From assembly GCA_963801605.1 (NCBI GenBank), contig CAWDFP010000005.1, positions 1-64,000 on the forward strand: a stretch of 64,000 nucleotides of DNA. The letters run 5' to 3'. This document shows, piece by piece, positions 1 to 10,569 of the stretch. Source of the stretch: an uncultured candidate division Zixibacteria bacterium (GTDB lineage: Bacteria > Zixibacteria > MSB-5A5 > UBA10806). The notes below the pieces were generated by a model, which made no database searches, was not told the origin of the DNA, and saw nothing but the letters and a program-made list of their open reading frames with translations. Each line of letters opens with the position of its first letter. Within the stretch, counting starts at the first letter, position 1. The position numbers and the translations under genes are program-made.

Positions 1-223
1 GATTGCCGTCGCCAGGGCTAATCGGATGAAGATCATGATCGGCTGCATGGTGGAAACCTCAGTGGGGATAACCGCGGCGGCCCATTTGGCAATGTTAGTT
101 GATTATGCCGATCTTGACGGCAATGTGCTGATTTCCGATGATCCTTATAAAGGTGTAACGATTAAGGACGGATGCCTGAGATTGCCTTCTGGTCCGGGGT
201 TAGGGGTGGTAGCGATCAAATGA
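1..223 (+). CDS. Dipeptide (L-Ala-D/L-Glu) epimerase, enolase superfamily; 3' part only
   Basis: C-terminal motifs IMIGCMVETSVGITAAAHLA..DYADLDG..GPGLGV; open at window edge; next to a cell-wall amidase. Confidence 0.85.
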   Translation, partial: IAVARANRMKIMIGCMVETSVGITAAAHLAMLVDYADLDGNVLISDDPYKGVTIKDGCLRLPSGPGLGVVAIK

Positions 224-2004
224 AAAAAATAGCGTTAATCTGCCTGCTTCTATTTTCCAGCGCTTACGCCAAACTCGATATTAATGTTGTCTATCCCAGG
301 GCCAATCAGCTGGTGGCCTTGGTCGATTCCACATTTATTTTCGGAAATGTGCCGATTGGGGCAAAGGTTGTTATAAACGGGGTTTCAGTCCCGGTTTATA
401 AGGATGGCGCCTGGCTGGCGTTTCTGAAAGTTTCTCCGGGGCCGTTTGTGTTTCATATAGTCGCCAAAAAAGACAAGGATTCCACCGCGCTCGATTGGAA
501 AGTAAGCGTCGGCCCGCCCGAGGCCGCCATACCGATGGCCAAGTTCATCCCGAGGGCGCCATATCCAAGCACCAAAGCGATCTTCTTTGTGGGGGATACC
601 CTGGAGTTCTCTTTCGAGGCGCCGTCAGGAGGGACCGGGCAGTTCAATCTCGATAATAAAAAGCCGATTGCCATGTATCAGTCAATTTCGAGAGAATTGC
701 AGCCCGAAAGCGTCTTTGGATCGATCAGCGCGTTTCCCAAAGCGGAGTCTCTGGCCCAGAAATATATCGGGTATTACCGCCTAACGCAGGATGATACGGG
801 CCTTCACAGTATCTGCTATGAATATGCCAATCCCGAGGATTCGACTATCGGCGATGTGGCCTCCAAAAAATTCTGTTTGGATACGATAATTACCGTTATG
901 CCGGAATTCCCTCCAATGATGGGAGTTCTTTCAGGGCAGAGCCATATTATCCGAACCGCGCCGGGAAAGGGATACAAGCTTCTTTACCAGCCGCCGGGGA
1001 TTTATGTCCGGATAATCGGGATGCGCGACACGTTCTACAAAATTGCTCTCGCTCCCGGCGTTTCGGGATATGTCAATGCCGACAGTGTCCAGGTATTGCC
1101 GCCGGGAACCGCCATGCCCGAGGGAGCCATATCGTTTATTCAAGTCGATTCGGTGGCGGGCGGCGCAGAAATTTCAGCCGATCTCGGCGCCAAAGTTCCC
1201 TATGAGATCGAGGAGAACCTTGAACCTGCGGAGCTAAACATCGATTTTTTCGGTGTAACCGGCAGCGTCGATTGGATTCGATATATCAATAAAAGCTCCC
1301 TGATTAAAATCGTCAAATGGTCGCAGCCCCAGGATCGGGTTTTCCGGATGACTATAGAAATCGGAAAGGGTCGTCTCTGGGGATATAAAGCGTCATACGA
1401 CGGCAATAAGTTTATCCTTAAAATTAATACTGAGCCTAAGGCCAGCGCCAGTCTCAAAGGCATGAAAATAATGCTCGATCCCGGTCATTCTAAAGACCCG
1501 GGAGCTATCGGCCCCACCGGCCTGATGGAAAAAGACGCCAATCTCTGGATAGCCCAGAGGCTCAGGAAAATGCTGGAGGGCAAAGGGGCTAAGGTCATGA
1601 TGACCCGCACCGGTCCGGAGGACGTGACCTTGTATGACAGACCCCTTAAGGCCGAAAAATGGGGCGCCGACCTTTTAGTTTCGATTCACAATAATGCCCT
1701 CCCTGATGGCATTAATCCCTTTTATAATAATGGGACATCAGTTTATTATTATTTCCCCCATTCAATGCCATTAGCCGAGGCCGTTCATAAGGAATTGCTG
1801 GCTGCAACCGGGCTTCCCGACCATGGCCTGTATTACGGCAATCTGGTCCTGACGCGATACAGTTCGGTGCCGTCTATATTAGTGGAATGCACTTTCATAA
1901 TCTTACCGGATCAAGAAGCCAAATTAAAGACCGCCAAATTCCAGAAAACCCTCGCTTCTGCCATCATGGCCGGTATCAGAGATTTTGTTACAAACAAAGA
2001 ATGA
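220..2004 (+). CDS. N-acetylmuramoyl-L-alanine amidase (signal peptide, AMIN-like region, Amidase_3)
   Basis: ATG at 220 overlaps upstream stop (ATGA); signal MKKIALICLLL; motifs IMLDPGH, EKDANL, VSIHNNA, SILVE. Confidence 0.9.
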   Translation: MKKIALICLLLFSSAYAKLDINVVYPRANQLVALVDSTFIFGNVPIGAKVVINGVSVPVYKDGAWLAFLKVSPGPFVFHIVAKKDKDSTALDWKVSVGPPEAAIPMAKFIPRAPYPSTKAIFFVGDTLEFSFEAPSGGTGQFNLDNKKPIAMYQSISRELQPESVFGSISAFPKAESLAQKYIGYYRLTQDDTGLHSICYEYANPEDSTIGDVASKKFCLDTIITVMPEFPPMMGVLSGQSHIIRTAPGKGYKLLYQPPGIYVRIIGMRDTFYKIALAPGVSGYVNADSVQVLPPGTAMPEGAISFIQVDSVAGGAEISADLGAKVPYEIEENLEPAELNIDFFGVTGSVDWIRYINKSSLIKIVKWSQPQDRVFRMTIEIGKGRLWGYKASYDGNKFILKINTEPKASASLKGMKIMLDPGHSKDPGAIGPTGLMEKDANLWIAQRLRKMLEGKGAKVMMTRTGPEDVTLYDRPLKAEKWGADLLVSIHNNALPDGINPFYNNGTSVYYYFPHSMPLAEAVHKELLAATGLPDHGLYYGNLVLTRYSSVPSILVECTFIILPDQEAKLKTAKFQKTLASAIMAGIRDFVTNKE

Positions 2005-2281
2005 CCTGATTCTTAAATCCGGTGTTATTGAGTGGTTTTGAAACACAGGTCACCGGCCTGCGGTTCTAAATTCCAAAGACATAAGATATTGTCAGGTAAC
2101 AATTAGTATTTGGAGTGATATTTAAGATTTCCACATTGGTGGATAATTAATTGTAGTTTTCAGTTGCATAAACTCTTGACGACCTGTTTCTTTAATGCGG
2201 AAGATGATTTCTTCCGGGAGCAGGTTATATAAATATCTAATTATGTTTGTTACTTAACCACGCTTGACAAAGCAGGTGGCA

Positions 2282-3496
2282 ATGTCTGTCAAAGGGAAAA
2301 ATATTCTTCTTGGAGTCAGCGGCGGAATCGGCGCCTACAAGGCTTGCGAACTGCTGCGGCTTTTCGTTAAGGCCGAGGCCCGGGTGCGAGTGATAATGAC
2401 CGAGTCAGCCCAGGAGTTTGTAACGCCGCTTACATTTCAATCGCTCGGAGCGGAACAAGTCTCTACCAATGTGTTCGAACCCAAACTTTATTCACTTGAG
2501 CATGTCAACTGGGCCGATTGGGGCAATATTCTAATCATCGCGCCGGCCACCGCGAATATAATCGGCAAGATGGCGGGCGGTATCGCCGACGAGGTTCTCT
2601 CTACTCAGGCGATCGCTTACTCCGGCCCAATACTTCTGGCCCCGGCTATGAATGTTAAGATGTATAATAACAAGGCCGTTCAGAAAAATATTGGATATCT
2701 AAAATCGATTGGGGTCAATTTTATCGGTCCTGATGTCGGCCATCTGGCATCGCTGATTACCGCTACAGGACGGATGAGCGATCCGACTGTGATATTTTCC
2801 AGAGCACGCCAAATTCTGCTCGCCAGAAATGAACTGAAAGGCAAAAGGGTCGTAGTCAGCGCCGGGCCGACCCGCGAGCCGCTCGATCCGGTCAGATATA
2901 TCTCCAACTATTCATCGGGGAAGATGGGTTATGCTCTGGCCGACGCTGCCAGCGGCTTTGGCGCCGATGTCACACTCATTTCGGGTCCAACGAATCTTCC
3001 CGCGCCGCCCGGTGTCAATCTCATTATGGTTGAAACCGCGTCGCAAATGCAAAGCGAACTGGAACGATTTTGTATCGGAGCTGATCTGCTTTTCATGGCT
3101 GCGGCCGTAGCCGATTTCAGGCCGGCCAGCTATCAGAAACAGAAAATCAAAAGAACCCATGAATCTCTGAAACTGACTTTACAGCCGAACCCCGATATAT
3201 TAAAATCGCTGGGTAAAAATCGTCCCAAAATTGTAGTCGGTTTTGCCCTGGAGCTGGAAAATCTCGAGGCACGCGCCAGTGAGAAGCTTCGCGAAAAGGG
3301 TTTGGATATGATTATCGGCAATAATCCCTCGGAAGAAGGCGTTGGTTTCGGCTCGGATTATAACCGTGTTACTATAATCACGCGGCAGGGCAAGCCGCAG
3401 AGACTCGAAAAGCTTCCCAAATTCGATCTGGCGGTTAGAATTATCGAGGAGTCGCTGAATTTAAGAAAAAGGGAAGTTCAAAGAGGGAAGAGATAG
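2282..3496 (+). CDS. coaBC: Bifunctional phosphopantothenoylcysteine decarboxylase/ligase
   Basis: GVSGGIGAYK, APATAN, APAMN, SAGPTREPLDPVRYISNYSSGKMG, VGFALE. Confidence 0.96.
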   Translation: MSVKGKNILLGVSGGIGAYKACELLRLFVKAEARVRVIMTESAQEFVTPLTFQSLGAEQVSTNVFEPKLYSLEHVNWADWGNILIIAPATANIIGKMAGGIADEVLSTQAIAYSGPILLAPAMNVKMYNNKAVQKNIGYLKSIGVNFIGPDVGHLASLITATGRMSDPTVIFSRARQILLARNELKGKRVVVSAGPTREPLDPVRYISNYSSGKMGYALADAASGFGADVTLISGPTNLPAPPGVNLIMVETASQMQSELERFCIGADLLFMAAAVADFRPASYQKQKIKRTHESLKLTLQPNPDILKSLGKNRPKIVVGFALELENLEARASEKLREKGLDMIIGNNPSEEGVGFGSDYNRVTIITRQGKPQRLEKLPKFDLAVRIIEESLNLRKREVQRGKR

Positions 3497-3532
3497 GCGT
3501 CAGCTCGCCGGCGCCGGAATCGAAGAAAATGG

Positions 3533-4243
3533 ATGGGGAAACGTTTGAAAAATGATTTCGAAAAGTATATTCAACAGCAAATAGACCTTGGATATAAGGA
3601 GATTTATCTGCCGCTCAAATCCCGCGAAACAAAGCCGGCCAGCGCTAAAGCGCTTTCGATAGAACGGTTTTCAGAATCAAAAAGCCTGGAGCAACTTGAA
3701 AAGACTCTTACTAATTGTCAGCGCTGCTCGCTCTGGAAAGATGCCAACAAGCTTGTTTTCGGCGTCGGAAATCCTGACGCTGAAATTATGTTTGTGGGTG
3801 AGGGGCCGGGCGCTGACGAGGATATGCAGGGTAAGCCGTTTGTGGGACGGGCCGGCAAGTTGCTCGATAAAATGCTTATCGATGCCGGTATCAGTCGCGA
3901 TGAGGTTTATATAGCCAATGTCGTCAAGCATCGTCCGCCCGGAAACCGAGACCCGCTGCCCGATGAGGTTGAGGCTTGCGAACCTTATTTGCATCTCCAG
4001 ATAAAATTTATCAAACCCAAAATAATTTGCGCGTTAGGCCGAATCGCCGCGCAAACTCTTCTTCAAACCAAAATGAATTTGGGCGAGATGCGAAAACGTT
4101 GGTTCGATTACCAGGATACCAAGCTCATGGTCACCTATCATCCCGCGGCGATTTTGCGATCCATGAGCTATCTCGAACCGTCAATGGAGGACCTGCGCAA
4201 AATGCTCGCCGAACTTGAGAAAATGCAGGATCAAGGAAAATGA
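3533..4243 (+). CDS. Uracil-DNA glycosylase family 4
   Basis: CQRC cluster motif, [29 protein letters not shown]. Confidence 0.93.
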   Translation: MGKRLKNDFEKYIQQQIDLGYKEIYLPLKSRETKPASAKALSIERFSESKSLEQLEKTLTNCQRCSLWKDANKLVFGVGNPDAEIMFVGEGPGADEDMQGKPFVGRAGKLLDKMLIDAGISRDEVYIANVVKHRPPGNRDPLPDEVEACEPYLHLQIKFIKPKIICALGRIAAQTLLQTKMNLGEMRKRWFDYQDTKLMVTYHPAAILRSMSYLEPSMEDLRKMLAELEKMQDQGK

Positions 4244-4246
4244 TCG

Positions 4247-5614
4247 ATGGCTGAGATAAGAGAACGAATTCCCCCTCAGGCGATTGAAGCCGAGCAATCG
4301 GTTCTGGGATCAATCCTACAGAATAGTGAGGCGCTGAATGTCGCCATAGAAATGATCAATGAAGAATATTTCTATCTTCCCAAACACCGCAGGATTTTTG
4401 CCGTCGTCAAAAAACTGTATGAATCGTCAAGCGCGGTTGATCTCATCACCGTTTCCGCAGAGATGTCGAATCAGGGTATCCTCGATGAAATCGGCGGACG
4501 CCGCTATCTCATGGATTTGACCGATTCGGTGGTGACATTCTCCAATATCGAGGATCACTGCCGATTGGTAATTGAGGCTGCTGTCAAAAATCAGCTAATC
4601 AATAACTGCAGCGAGATCATAAATAAAAGCTACGATACAACAATCGAGGCCGATAATCTTTTGGATTACGCCGAATCGCGAATATTCAATATCAAAGAGG
4701 GATCTCTTAAAGGCGAAATCTTTCATCTTAAGCCGATCCTCGAAACCGCCTTACGTCAGATTGAGGAATATTCCAACCGTTCGGGCTATCTCACCGGGGT
4801 GCCCAGCGGTTACCCCAATCTCGATGAGATGACATCGGGATTTCAGCCATCGGAGCTGATCATCATTGCGGCCCGGCCCTCAATGGGCAAAACCGCATTT
4901 GCATTGAATATCGCCGATTATGTGGCAATCGAAAAAGGAATTCCCGTTTGTATATTTTCTCTGGAAATGGCTAAGGAGGCCCTGGCGCAGAGGCTGTTAT
5001 GCAGCCGCGCCAGAATATCGGCACATCACATGAAAACTGGACGGCTTGCCGATCATCAATGGACCAATCTTTCGATCGCGGCTGGTCCTCTTTCCGAGGC
5101 CCCGATCTATCTGGATGACAGCGCCAGCCTGAGCGTCCTTGAAATTCGGGCCAAGGCGCGGCGAATGAAGCATCGTTACAACATCGGGCTGATAATTGTC
5201 GATTATCTCCAGCTCGTCAAAGGCCAGAAAAACATTGAAAGCAGGCAGCAGGAGATTTCCTACATCTCGCAATCGCTTAAATCGCTGGCCAGAGAATTAA
5301 AAATACCGGTTATCGCGCTTTCGCAGCTTTCGAGGCAGATCGAGATGCGCGGCCCAGACGCCCGTCCGAAACTTTCCGATCTTCGCGAGTCCGGCGCCAT
5401 CGAACAGGATGCCGATATGGTGATATTTATTCATCGGCCCCCTACCAAAAACGAGGAAGACAAGGAATTTACCCCGGATAACCTGCCGGGCAGCATCGCG
5501 GAAATCATAATCGGCAAACAAAGGAACGGCCCGACCGGAATGATCAGCCTGGCATTCGTTAAGGATTTCGCCCGTTTCGATTTGCTCGATCTCCACCACG
5601 GTTCGCCGTATTAA
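4247..5614 (+). CDS. dnaB: Replicative DNA helicase
   Basis: PPQAIEAEQSVLG, AARPSMGKT, DYLQL, LSQLSR, DLRESGAIEQDAD, KQRNGP; no intein. Confidence 0.97.
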   Translation: MAEIRERIPPQAIEAEQSVLGSILQNSEALNVAIEMINEEYFYLPKHRRIFAVVKKLYESSSAVDLITVSAEMSNQGILDEIGGRRYLMDLTDSVVTFSNIEDHCRLVIEAAVKNQLINNCSEIINKSYDTTIEADNLLDYAESRIFNIKEGSLKGEIFHLKPILETALRQIEEYSNRSGYLTGVPSGYPNLDEMTSGFQPSELIIIAARPSMGKTAFALNIADYVAIEKGIPVCIFSLEMAKEALAQRLLCSRARISAHHMKTGRLADHQWTNLSIAAGPLSEAPIYLDDSASLSVLEIRAKARRMKHRYNIGLIIVDYLQLVKGQKNIESRQQEISYISQSLKSLARELKIPVIALSQLSRQIEMRGPDARPKLSDLRESGAIEQDADMVIFIHRPPTKNEEDKEFTPDNLPGSIAEIIIGKQRNGPTGMISLAFVKDFARFDLLDLHHGSPY

Positions 5615-5846
5615 CTGCAAGACGGGAGACCGTCTCAAAATGACTGCGAACAACAATACACATAGTTCAATGCGTAAATACTTGTAATACAATCAAAATC
5701 AGCCTAAAAAAAGGTTGTTATTTTCATTGACTGATACTATCATTATAAAATGGAAATAAGTGGATTCATTAGTCTTGAATAATCGAGACTTATACGATAA
5801 AATTGTTTCGATAATTATTTGATAAGAAAGGTGAATATCAGATAAC

Positions 5847-6875
5847 ATGCCTTGGATGGGATTTCTCACCAATGATATTGCCATAGATTTAGGTACTGCA
5901 AATACATTGGTCTACGTTAAAGGACAAGGTATTGTTCTTAATGAGCCGTCAGTTGTTGCGGTTGATAAGCGTACCAACAAAGTTCTCGCCATCGGGATCG
6001 CCGCCAAGGAAATGCTTGGCCGAACCCCCTACGAAATATCAGCGATCCGTCCGCTCAAAGATGGCGTTATCGCTGATTTCGAGGTCAGCGAAAAGATGCT
6101 GGCCGATTTCATCAGGCGCGTTGTCAAACATCGCTACCTCATGAAACCGCGTATCATCATCTCGGTGCCGTCGGGAATTACCGAGGTTGAAAAGCGCGCC
6201 GTGCGCGACAGCGCCGAAAACGCCGGAGCCAGAGAGGTCTTTCTCCTGGCCGAACCGATGGCCGCCGCTATCGGCGTCGGTTTGCCGGTGGATCAGCCGT
6301 CCGGTTCGATGATTATCGATGTTGGCGGCGGTACCACTGAAATCGCGGTTATTGCTCTGAACGGCATCGTCAACAATACCTCGATCCGCATCGCAGGCGA
6401 CGAACTTGATGATTCCATCATTATTTATCTCAAGAAAAATTACAATCTTCTCATCGGCGAACGTACCGCTGAAGAGATCAAATGCAAGATCGGATCGGCT
6501 TATCCTCTCGAAAAAGAGGATACTATGGAAATCAAGGGACGCGACCTGATGGCCGGTGTTCCCAAGACGATGAAAATCTCGTCAGCCCAGATCCGTGAGG
6601 CCGTCTCCGAGCCCGTTACCAAGATCGTTGAGGCCGTCCGTCAGGCGCTGGAACAGACTCCGCCGGAACTGGCTTCCGATATCCTCGACCGCGGTATCAT
6701 CATGACCGGCGGCGGTGCTCTCTTACGCGGTCTGGATAAACGTCTCAGGCAGGAAACCAATCTACCGGTTATCGTTGCCGACGATCCCCTAACCTGCGTG
6801 GTCAGGGGCGCTGGCAGATGTCTGGAAAACCTGCCCCAGTATTCCAAAGTATTATCTAAGTCTCGGCGCGACTAA
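5847..6875 (+). CDS. mreB: Rod shape-determining actin-like ATPase
   Basis: [48 protein letters not shown]. Confidence 0.97.
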   Translation: MPWMGFLTNDIAIDLGTANTLVYVKGQGIVLNEPSVVAVDKRTNKVLAIGIAAKEMLGRTPYEISAIRPLKDGVIADFEVSEKMLADFIRRVVKHRYLMKPRIIISVPSGITEVEKRAVRDSAENAGAREVFLLAEPMAAAIGVGLPVDQPSGSMIIDVGGGTTEIAVIALNGIVNNTSIRIAGDELDDSIIIYLKKNYNLLIGERTAEEIKCKIGSAYPLEKEDTMEIKGRDLMAGVPKTMKISSAQIREAVSEPVTKIVEAVRQALEQTPPELASDILDRGIIMTGGGALLRGLDKRLRQETNLPVIVADDPLTCVVRGAGRCLENLPQYSKVLSKSRRD

Positions 6876-6903
6876 GGCTTAGCCGCTCTCCCGCGGAATC
6901 CGT

Positions 6904-6931
6904 TAAACCTATGTTTGGCATTGGGGTCAAA
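6904..6931 (+). promoter_or_regulatory. Putative ECF-sigma (autoregulatory) promoter
   Basis: TAAACC-N16-GTCAAA just upstream of the GGAGG RBS and ATG 6945 of the ECF sigma gene. Confidence 0.4.
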
Positions 6932-6944
6932 GGTAGTGGAGGCA

Positions 6945-7485
6945 ATGAATAACGAGATTTCGAAGGGGAGAGTCGACGATGTGATCGTTTAATCGGGCCA
7001 TCCTGGAATATAGAGAAAGGATTTTCCTGGTGATTCTCAGGTTTGTCAGAAACAGAGAGGATGCCAGGGACCTGACGCAGGAAGCCTTTATCAGGGCTTA
7101 TCGCTCTATAGATTCCTTTCGTGGCGAATCAGGCATTTATACCTGGCTCTATAAAATCGCGATAAATCTGGCTATAAATTTTAAGGCACGTAACCGTTTA
7201 TCGACCTTAACATCCATGGAAGATAATTTGGAAATTCCGGGAAACTATAACTCGTCCGATATGGTACTGAACGCTGAACTTGGACAAAAAATTGATTCGG
7301 CTATCGCCACTCTTCCAAAACGGCAAAAGGCTGTTTTTATTCTTCATTATTATGAGGAAAAACCGCACGCTGAGATCGCTGAGCTCCTCGGTATTACCGA
7401 GGGTGCAGTCAAGGCCCATTATCATCAGGCTATCATGAAATTGCGGGGCGAATTGATGGGTTATCTCAAGGCAGGTGTATCATGA
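6945..7485 (+). CDS. ECF (sigma-24 family) RNA polymerase sigma factor; apparent indel near 6982
   Basis: DARDLTQEAF, FRGESGIYTWLYKIAIN, region 4 HAEIAELLGITEGAVK; GGAGG + ATG at 6945 is out of frame with the 7030 ORF, whose frame is open back to 6985 (SFNRAILEYRERIFLV). Confidence 0.85.
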
Positions 7486-8060
7486 ATTGTAAAGAATTTC
7501 GCAAGCAGGCAGATATCCTTTTCGGACAAAAGGAAGACATTGGCTCTCCTCTAATGAAAGAGCACGCTGCTTCATGCCCGGATTGTGCGTCCTATTGGAA
7601 TGAGCTTTCGGCGTTGCGAGGGGCCTTAAACGAATTAAAGGCTGAGGTTCATCCGGGTGAACTCGATGATATTGCATTTGATCGCATAGCCAGGCTCTCA
7701 TCTGCTACAACCGGTAATTTTTCAGCCATAAAGGTCGTCTGGTCTTTCAAATGGATTTTGGCTCCCCTGACAGTAGCCGTCGCCGCGGTACTAATATTTA
7801 TGCTTGCAAAGCCGGTTAAGAAATCGGATAATTCTTTTACTGGTATTGTCCCTTATTCTACTCAGGAGGTTGAGAGCGCCATCCTCTCCTCGGATACTCT
7901 GGGGACCGAGCTTCTTTCTACGTTAGCGGGAAATGACGCCGAATTGGATCGCGCCGCCGATGAGCTTATCGGCGATTCCGATATTGACGATATATTGAGC
8001 AGTATGTCAGCCGATGAACTAAAGGCTGTTTATGATAAGATTGACAATCTTAAAGGATAA
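7482..8060 (+). CDS. Zinc-finger (ZAS) membrane anti-sigma factor
   Basis: MNC...HAASCPDC (HxxxCxxC), single TM helix; coupled to the ECF sigma gene. Confidence 0.8.
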   Translation: MNCKEFRKQADILFGQKEDIGSPLMKEHAASCPDCASYWNELSALRGALNELKAEVHPGELDDIAFDRIARLSSATTGNFSAIKVVWSFKWILAPLTVAVAAVLIFMLAKPVKKSDNSFTGIVPYSTQEVESAILSSDTLGTELLSTLAGNDAELDRAADELIGDSDIDDILSSMSADELKAVYDKIDNLKG

Positions 8061-8063
8061 AAA

Positions 8064-8594
8064 ATGAAAACGGTTAAATATCTGTTGGCAGTGCTTATTC
8101 TTCTAACGGCAATCCCTTCGCTGGCTCAGCCGCCGATGCCTCCTCCGATGGGAGGACCGGGTGGCAGTCCCATGCGCGAGAAAGTACGGGAACGGATTCG
8201 CACTATGAAGATCTGGAAATTGACCGAAGATGTGGGGCTAACCTCCCAGCAATCGGAGCAGTTTTTCCCGATCTATAATAAGTATCAAAAAGCTTTGGAT
8301 GATATTGAAACTAAACGCGCCGATCTTATCGATCGCCTGGAAACGCTTGCGAATAATCCCGGATCATCTGATAAGGAAATCAACGAGGCCATGGCCGCTC
8401 TTAATGATATTCCTCGTCAAATGATTGCTGAACGGGATAAATTTCTCAAGGATATTTCCGGTATTTTGCCTCTTCAGCAGCAGGCAAAGCTGGCGGTATT
8501 CGAAGAAAGATTCAAACAGCAACTCCAGGAGTTCATCCGCGATATCCGTCGCGGAAACGAAAGAGGCGCAGGAATGGGTAATCAACATGATTAA
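8064..8594 (+). CDS. Exported Spy/CpxP-like helical protein
   Basis: Signal peptide; VGLTSQQ and ILPLQQQ (LTxxQ-like) motifs. Confidence 0.65.
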   Translation: MKTVKYLLAVLILLTAIPSLAQPPMPPPMGGPGGSPMREKVRERIRTMKIWKLTEDVGLTSQQSEQFFPIYNKYQKALDDIETKRADLIDRLETLANNPGSSDKEINEAMAALNDIPRQMIAERDKFLKDISGILPLQQQAKLAVFEERFKQQLQEFIRDIRRGNERGAGMGNQHD

Positions 8595-8607
8595 CTGGAG
8601 GACCAAA

Positions 8608-9198
8608 TTGAATAGAATAGCATTATTCGCGGCTGTTTTGATGCTGCTCGCGGTTCCGGCATTGAATGCTCAGCCGATGGGCAAGGGCATGGGGCCCGAG
8701 ATGATGGGCCGAATGGCAGAACAACTCAAGCTGACTAATCAGCAGATCGAGCAGTTACAGAATCTACGGTTCCAATTGGAGAAGGATTTAATCAAGCCCG
8801 AGAGCGATCTCAAGCTTGCTAAACTCGAAATGAAACAGATTATGATGCAGCCTAAAATCGATGAGAATGCGGCTTTGAGCAAACAGGCTGACATCGCGGC
8901 CATCAAGGGTAACATCGGTAAGTTGAAACTGCAGCATATAATCGCGGCTGGCAAGATTTTGACTGCCGATCAGCTTGCGCAGCGGAAAAAGATGCATCGC
9001 GGAATGGGGCCGATGGGCCGCAAGGGCGAAGGCCGCGGAGGACCGTGCTGCGATAAGATGATGATGGGTGGCGGACCAGGCTGCAAAATGATGGGCGACA
9101 TGGGCGGCCCGATGGGACAGTGCGGCATGGGTCAGGGCATGATGGATAAACAGATGAAAATGGAACAAAAAGGCCAGGACCAAAAACACGACAAGTAA
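8608..9198 (+). CDS. Exported Spy/CpxP/ZraP-like protein with Met/Gly/Cys-rich tail
   Basis: GGAGGA RBS then TTG 8608; signal peptide; LKLTNQQ and ILTADQ motifs; M/G-rich C-terminus. Confidence 0.75.
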   Translation: MNRIALFAAVLMLLAVPALNAQPMGKGMGPEMMGRMAEQLKLTNQQIEQLQNLRFQLEKDLIKPESDLKLAKLEMKQIMMQPKIDENAALSKQADIAAIKGNIGKLKLQHIIAAGKILTADQLAQRKKMHRGMGPMGRKGEGRGGPCCDKMMMGGGPGCKMMGDMGGPMGQCGMGQGMMDKQMKMEQKGQDQKHDK

Positions 9199-9225
9199 CA
9201 GCCGGGCCATCCATCAAAATCCCTT

Positions 9226-9254
9226 AAGGCGACATCGTAAGATGCCGCCTTTTT
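9226..9254 (+). terminator. Intrinsic terminator of the ECF operon
   Basis: AAGGCGACATC-GTAA-GATGCCGCCTT followed by a T run. Confidence 0.8.
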
Positions 9255-9384
9255 GGTTAAAATAAAATCCCTGAATATTATCCTCGTTATTCCCATATTT
9301 CCCTGTGAGAAATGAATATTTTGACCTTTTCATTCGTAGAAGCTAAAGATGCGGTCCCGGCCAGGGCGTCAGGGGCAAATAAGC

Positions 9385-9413
9385 TTGACGCAACTTTGCC
9401 TTTTACTTACAAT
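9385..9413 (+). promoter_or_regulatory. Sigma70-type promoter of tolQRA
   Basis: TTGACG-17 nt-TACAAT. Confidence 0.7.
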
Positions 9414-9461
9414 AGTTTGCGAAATATCATCCCTGCGGATTCGAAGGATAAGGAGGAGCAT

Positions 9462-10175
9462 TTGCAGCCAATTAATAGAAGCTTGTGGAACGATATAGCG
9501 TCGATGACCTTGTTTTCCAAGGGCATCATGATAATCCTGCTTTTTATGTCGGTGGTTTCATGGGCTACCATGTTTTATAAATATTACCGAACCAAAAAGG
9601 TTTTTGCCGAAGCCGACCGATTCCTTAGGGAATTCCGACGCCGGAGAAGCCTTGATGATTCCTACGCCGAGGCCGCCAGATACAAAATGGCTCCTTTTGC
9701 GGGCATGTTGCATTCGGCTTACGATGAGATCAAATCTCTTACTGACAAGCTTCATTTTTCGTCTGGTAATCCCGGCAGACGGCCAATCATTGGTGATGGA
9801 CAGCTTGATTTGCTTTCCGATGCGATCGATCGCGCTGGCGCGGAGGAAGTTGCTCGCCTCGACACGGGTATCATCTTCCTGGCTACAACTGCCAACGCCT
9901 CACCATTTCTGGGTCTGCTGGGTACTGTGGTAGGCATTTACGTGGCATTCAAAGATATAGGCACCAAGGGGACGGCTACTTTGGGCGTGGTCGCTCCCGC
10001 CATTGCCGAGGCTCTCGTTGCCACCGCCGCCGGCCTGGCAGCCGCTATTCCCGCTCTGATCGGATATAACTATTTTGTGAGTCGAAACCGTCAAATGGCG
10101 GACCGCGTTGATAATTTCAAATCGGAGTTATTCTCTGCTTTTAAAAAGGAGATTATGACAAATGAGGAGATTTAA
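9462..10175 (+). CDS. tolQ: TolQ / MotA-ExbB family proton channel
   Basis: AGGAGG RBS + TTG 9462; LATTANASPFLGLLGTV, VAPAIAEALVATAAGL. Confidence 0.88.
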   Translation: MQPINRSLWNDIASMTLFSKGIMIILLFMSVVSWATMFYKYYRTKKVFAEADRFLREFRRRRSLDDSYAEAARYKMAPFAGMLHSAYDEIKSLTDKLHFSSGNPGRRPIIGDGQLDLLSDAIDRAGAEEVARLDTGIIFLATTANASPFLGLLGTVVGIYVAFKDIGTKGTATLGVVAPAIAEALVATAAGLAAAIPALIGYNYFVSRNRQMADRVDNFKSELFSAFKKEIMTNEEI

Positions 10176-10569
10176 GCGCGAATACAAGCCGATGGCTGAC
10201 ATCAATATCACTAATTTGGTTGATGTCATGCTGGTTCTTTTGATTGTATTTATGATCTCCGCTCCCATGATTCAGGCGGGGATCGATATCGCTTTGCCCA
10301 AGGCTTCGGAATCGCCTCAGGATGTCTCCGGCGGCATCATCGTTTCGATTGATAAAAAGCAAACGATTTATATCGATAACTACAAGGTTACCCAAAACGA
10401 TTTTGAATCGCGGCTGAAGACTATCCGCGAGGTGAAAAAATTCCGTCCTATCTACATCAGAGCCGATAAGAGCGTCCCCTATGGTATCGTAATTGAACTA
10501 ATGGGCCATATCAAAAAGATGGGAATCGAAAACGTCGGACTCATCACGGAGCCGGAAACCAGGCTATGA
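10162..10569 (+). CDS. tolR: TolR / ExbD family protein
   Basis: INITNLVDVMLVLLIVFMISAP, IRADKSVPYG. Confidence 0.88.
   Translation: MRRFKREYKPMADINITNLVDVMLVLLIVFMISAPMIQAGIDIALPKASESPQDVSGGIIVSIDKKQTIYIDNYKVTQNDFESRLKTIREVKKFRPIYIRADKSVPYGIVIELMGHIKKMGIENVGLITEPETRL

Noticed and set aside
4247..5614. Intein in DnaB
   Set aside because: Normal 455-aa length with contiguous helicase motifs.
8425..8607. N-terminal extension of the 8425-9198 ORF (likewise 172-219, 9312-9461, 30041-30082)
   Set aside because: These overlap upstream genes or regulatory elements; better-supported starts lie downstream.
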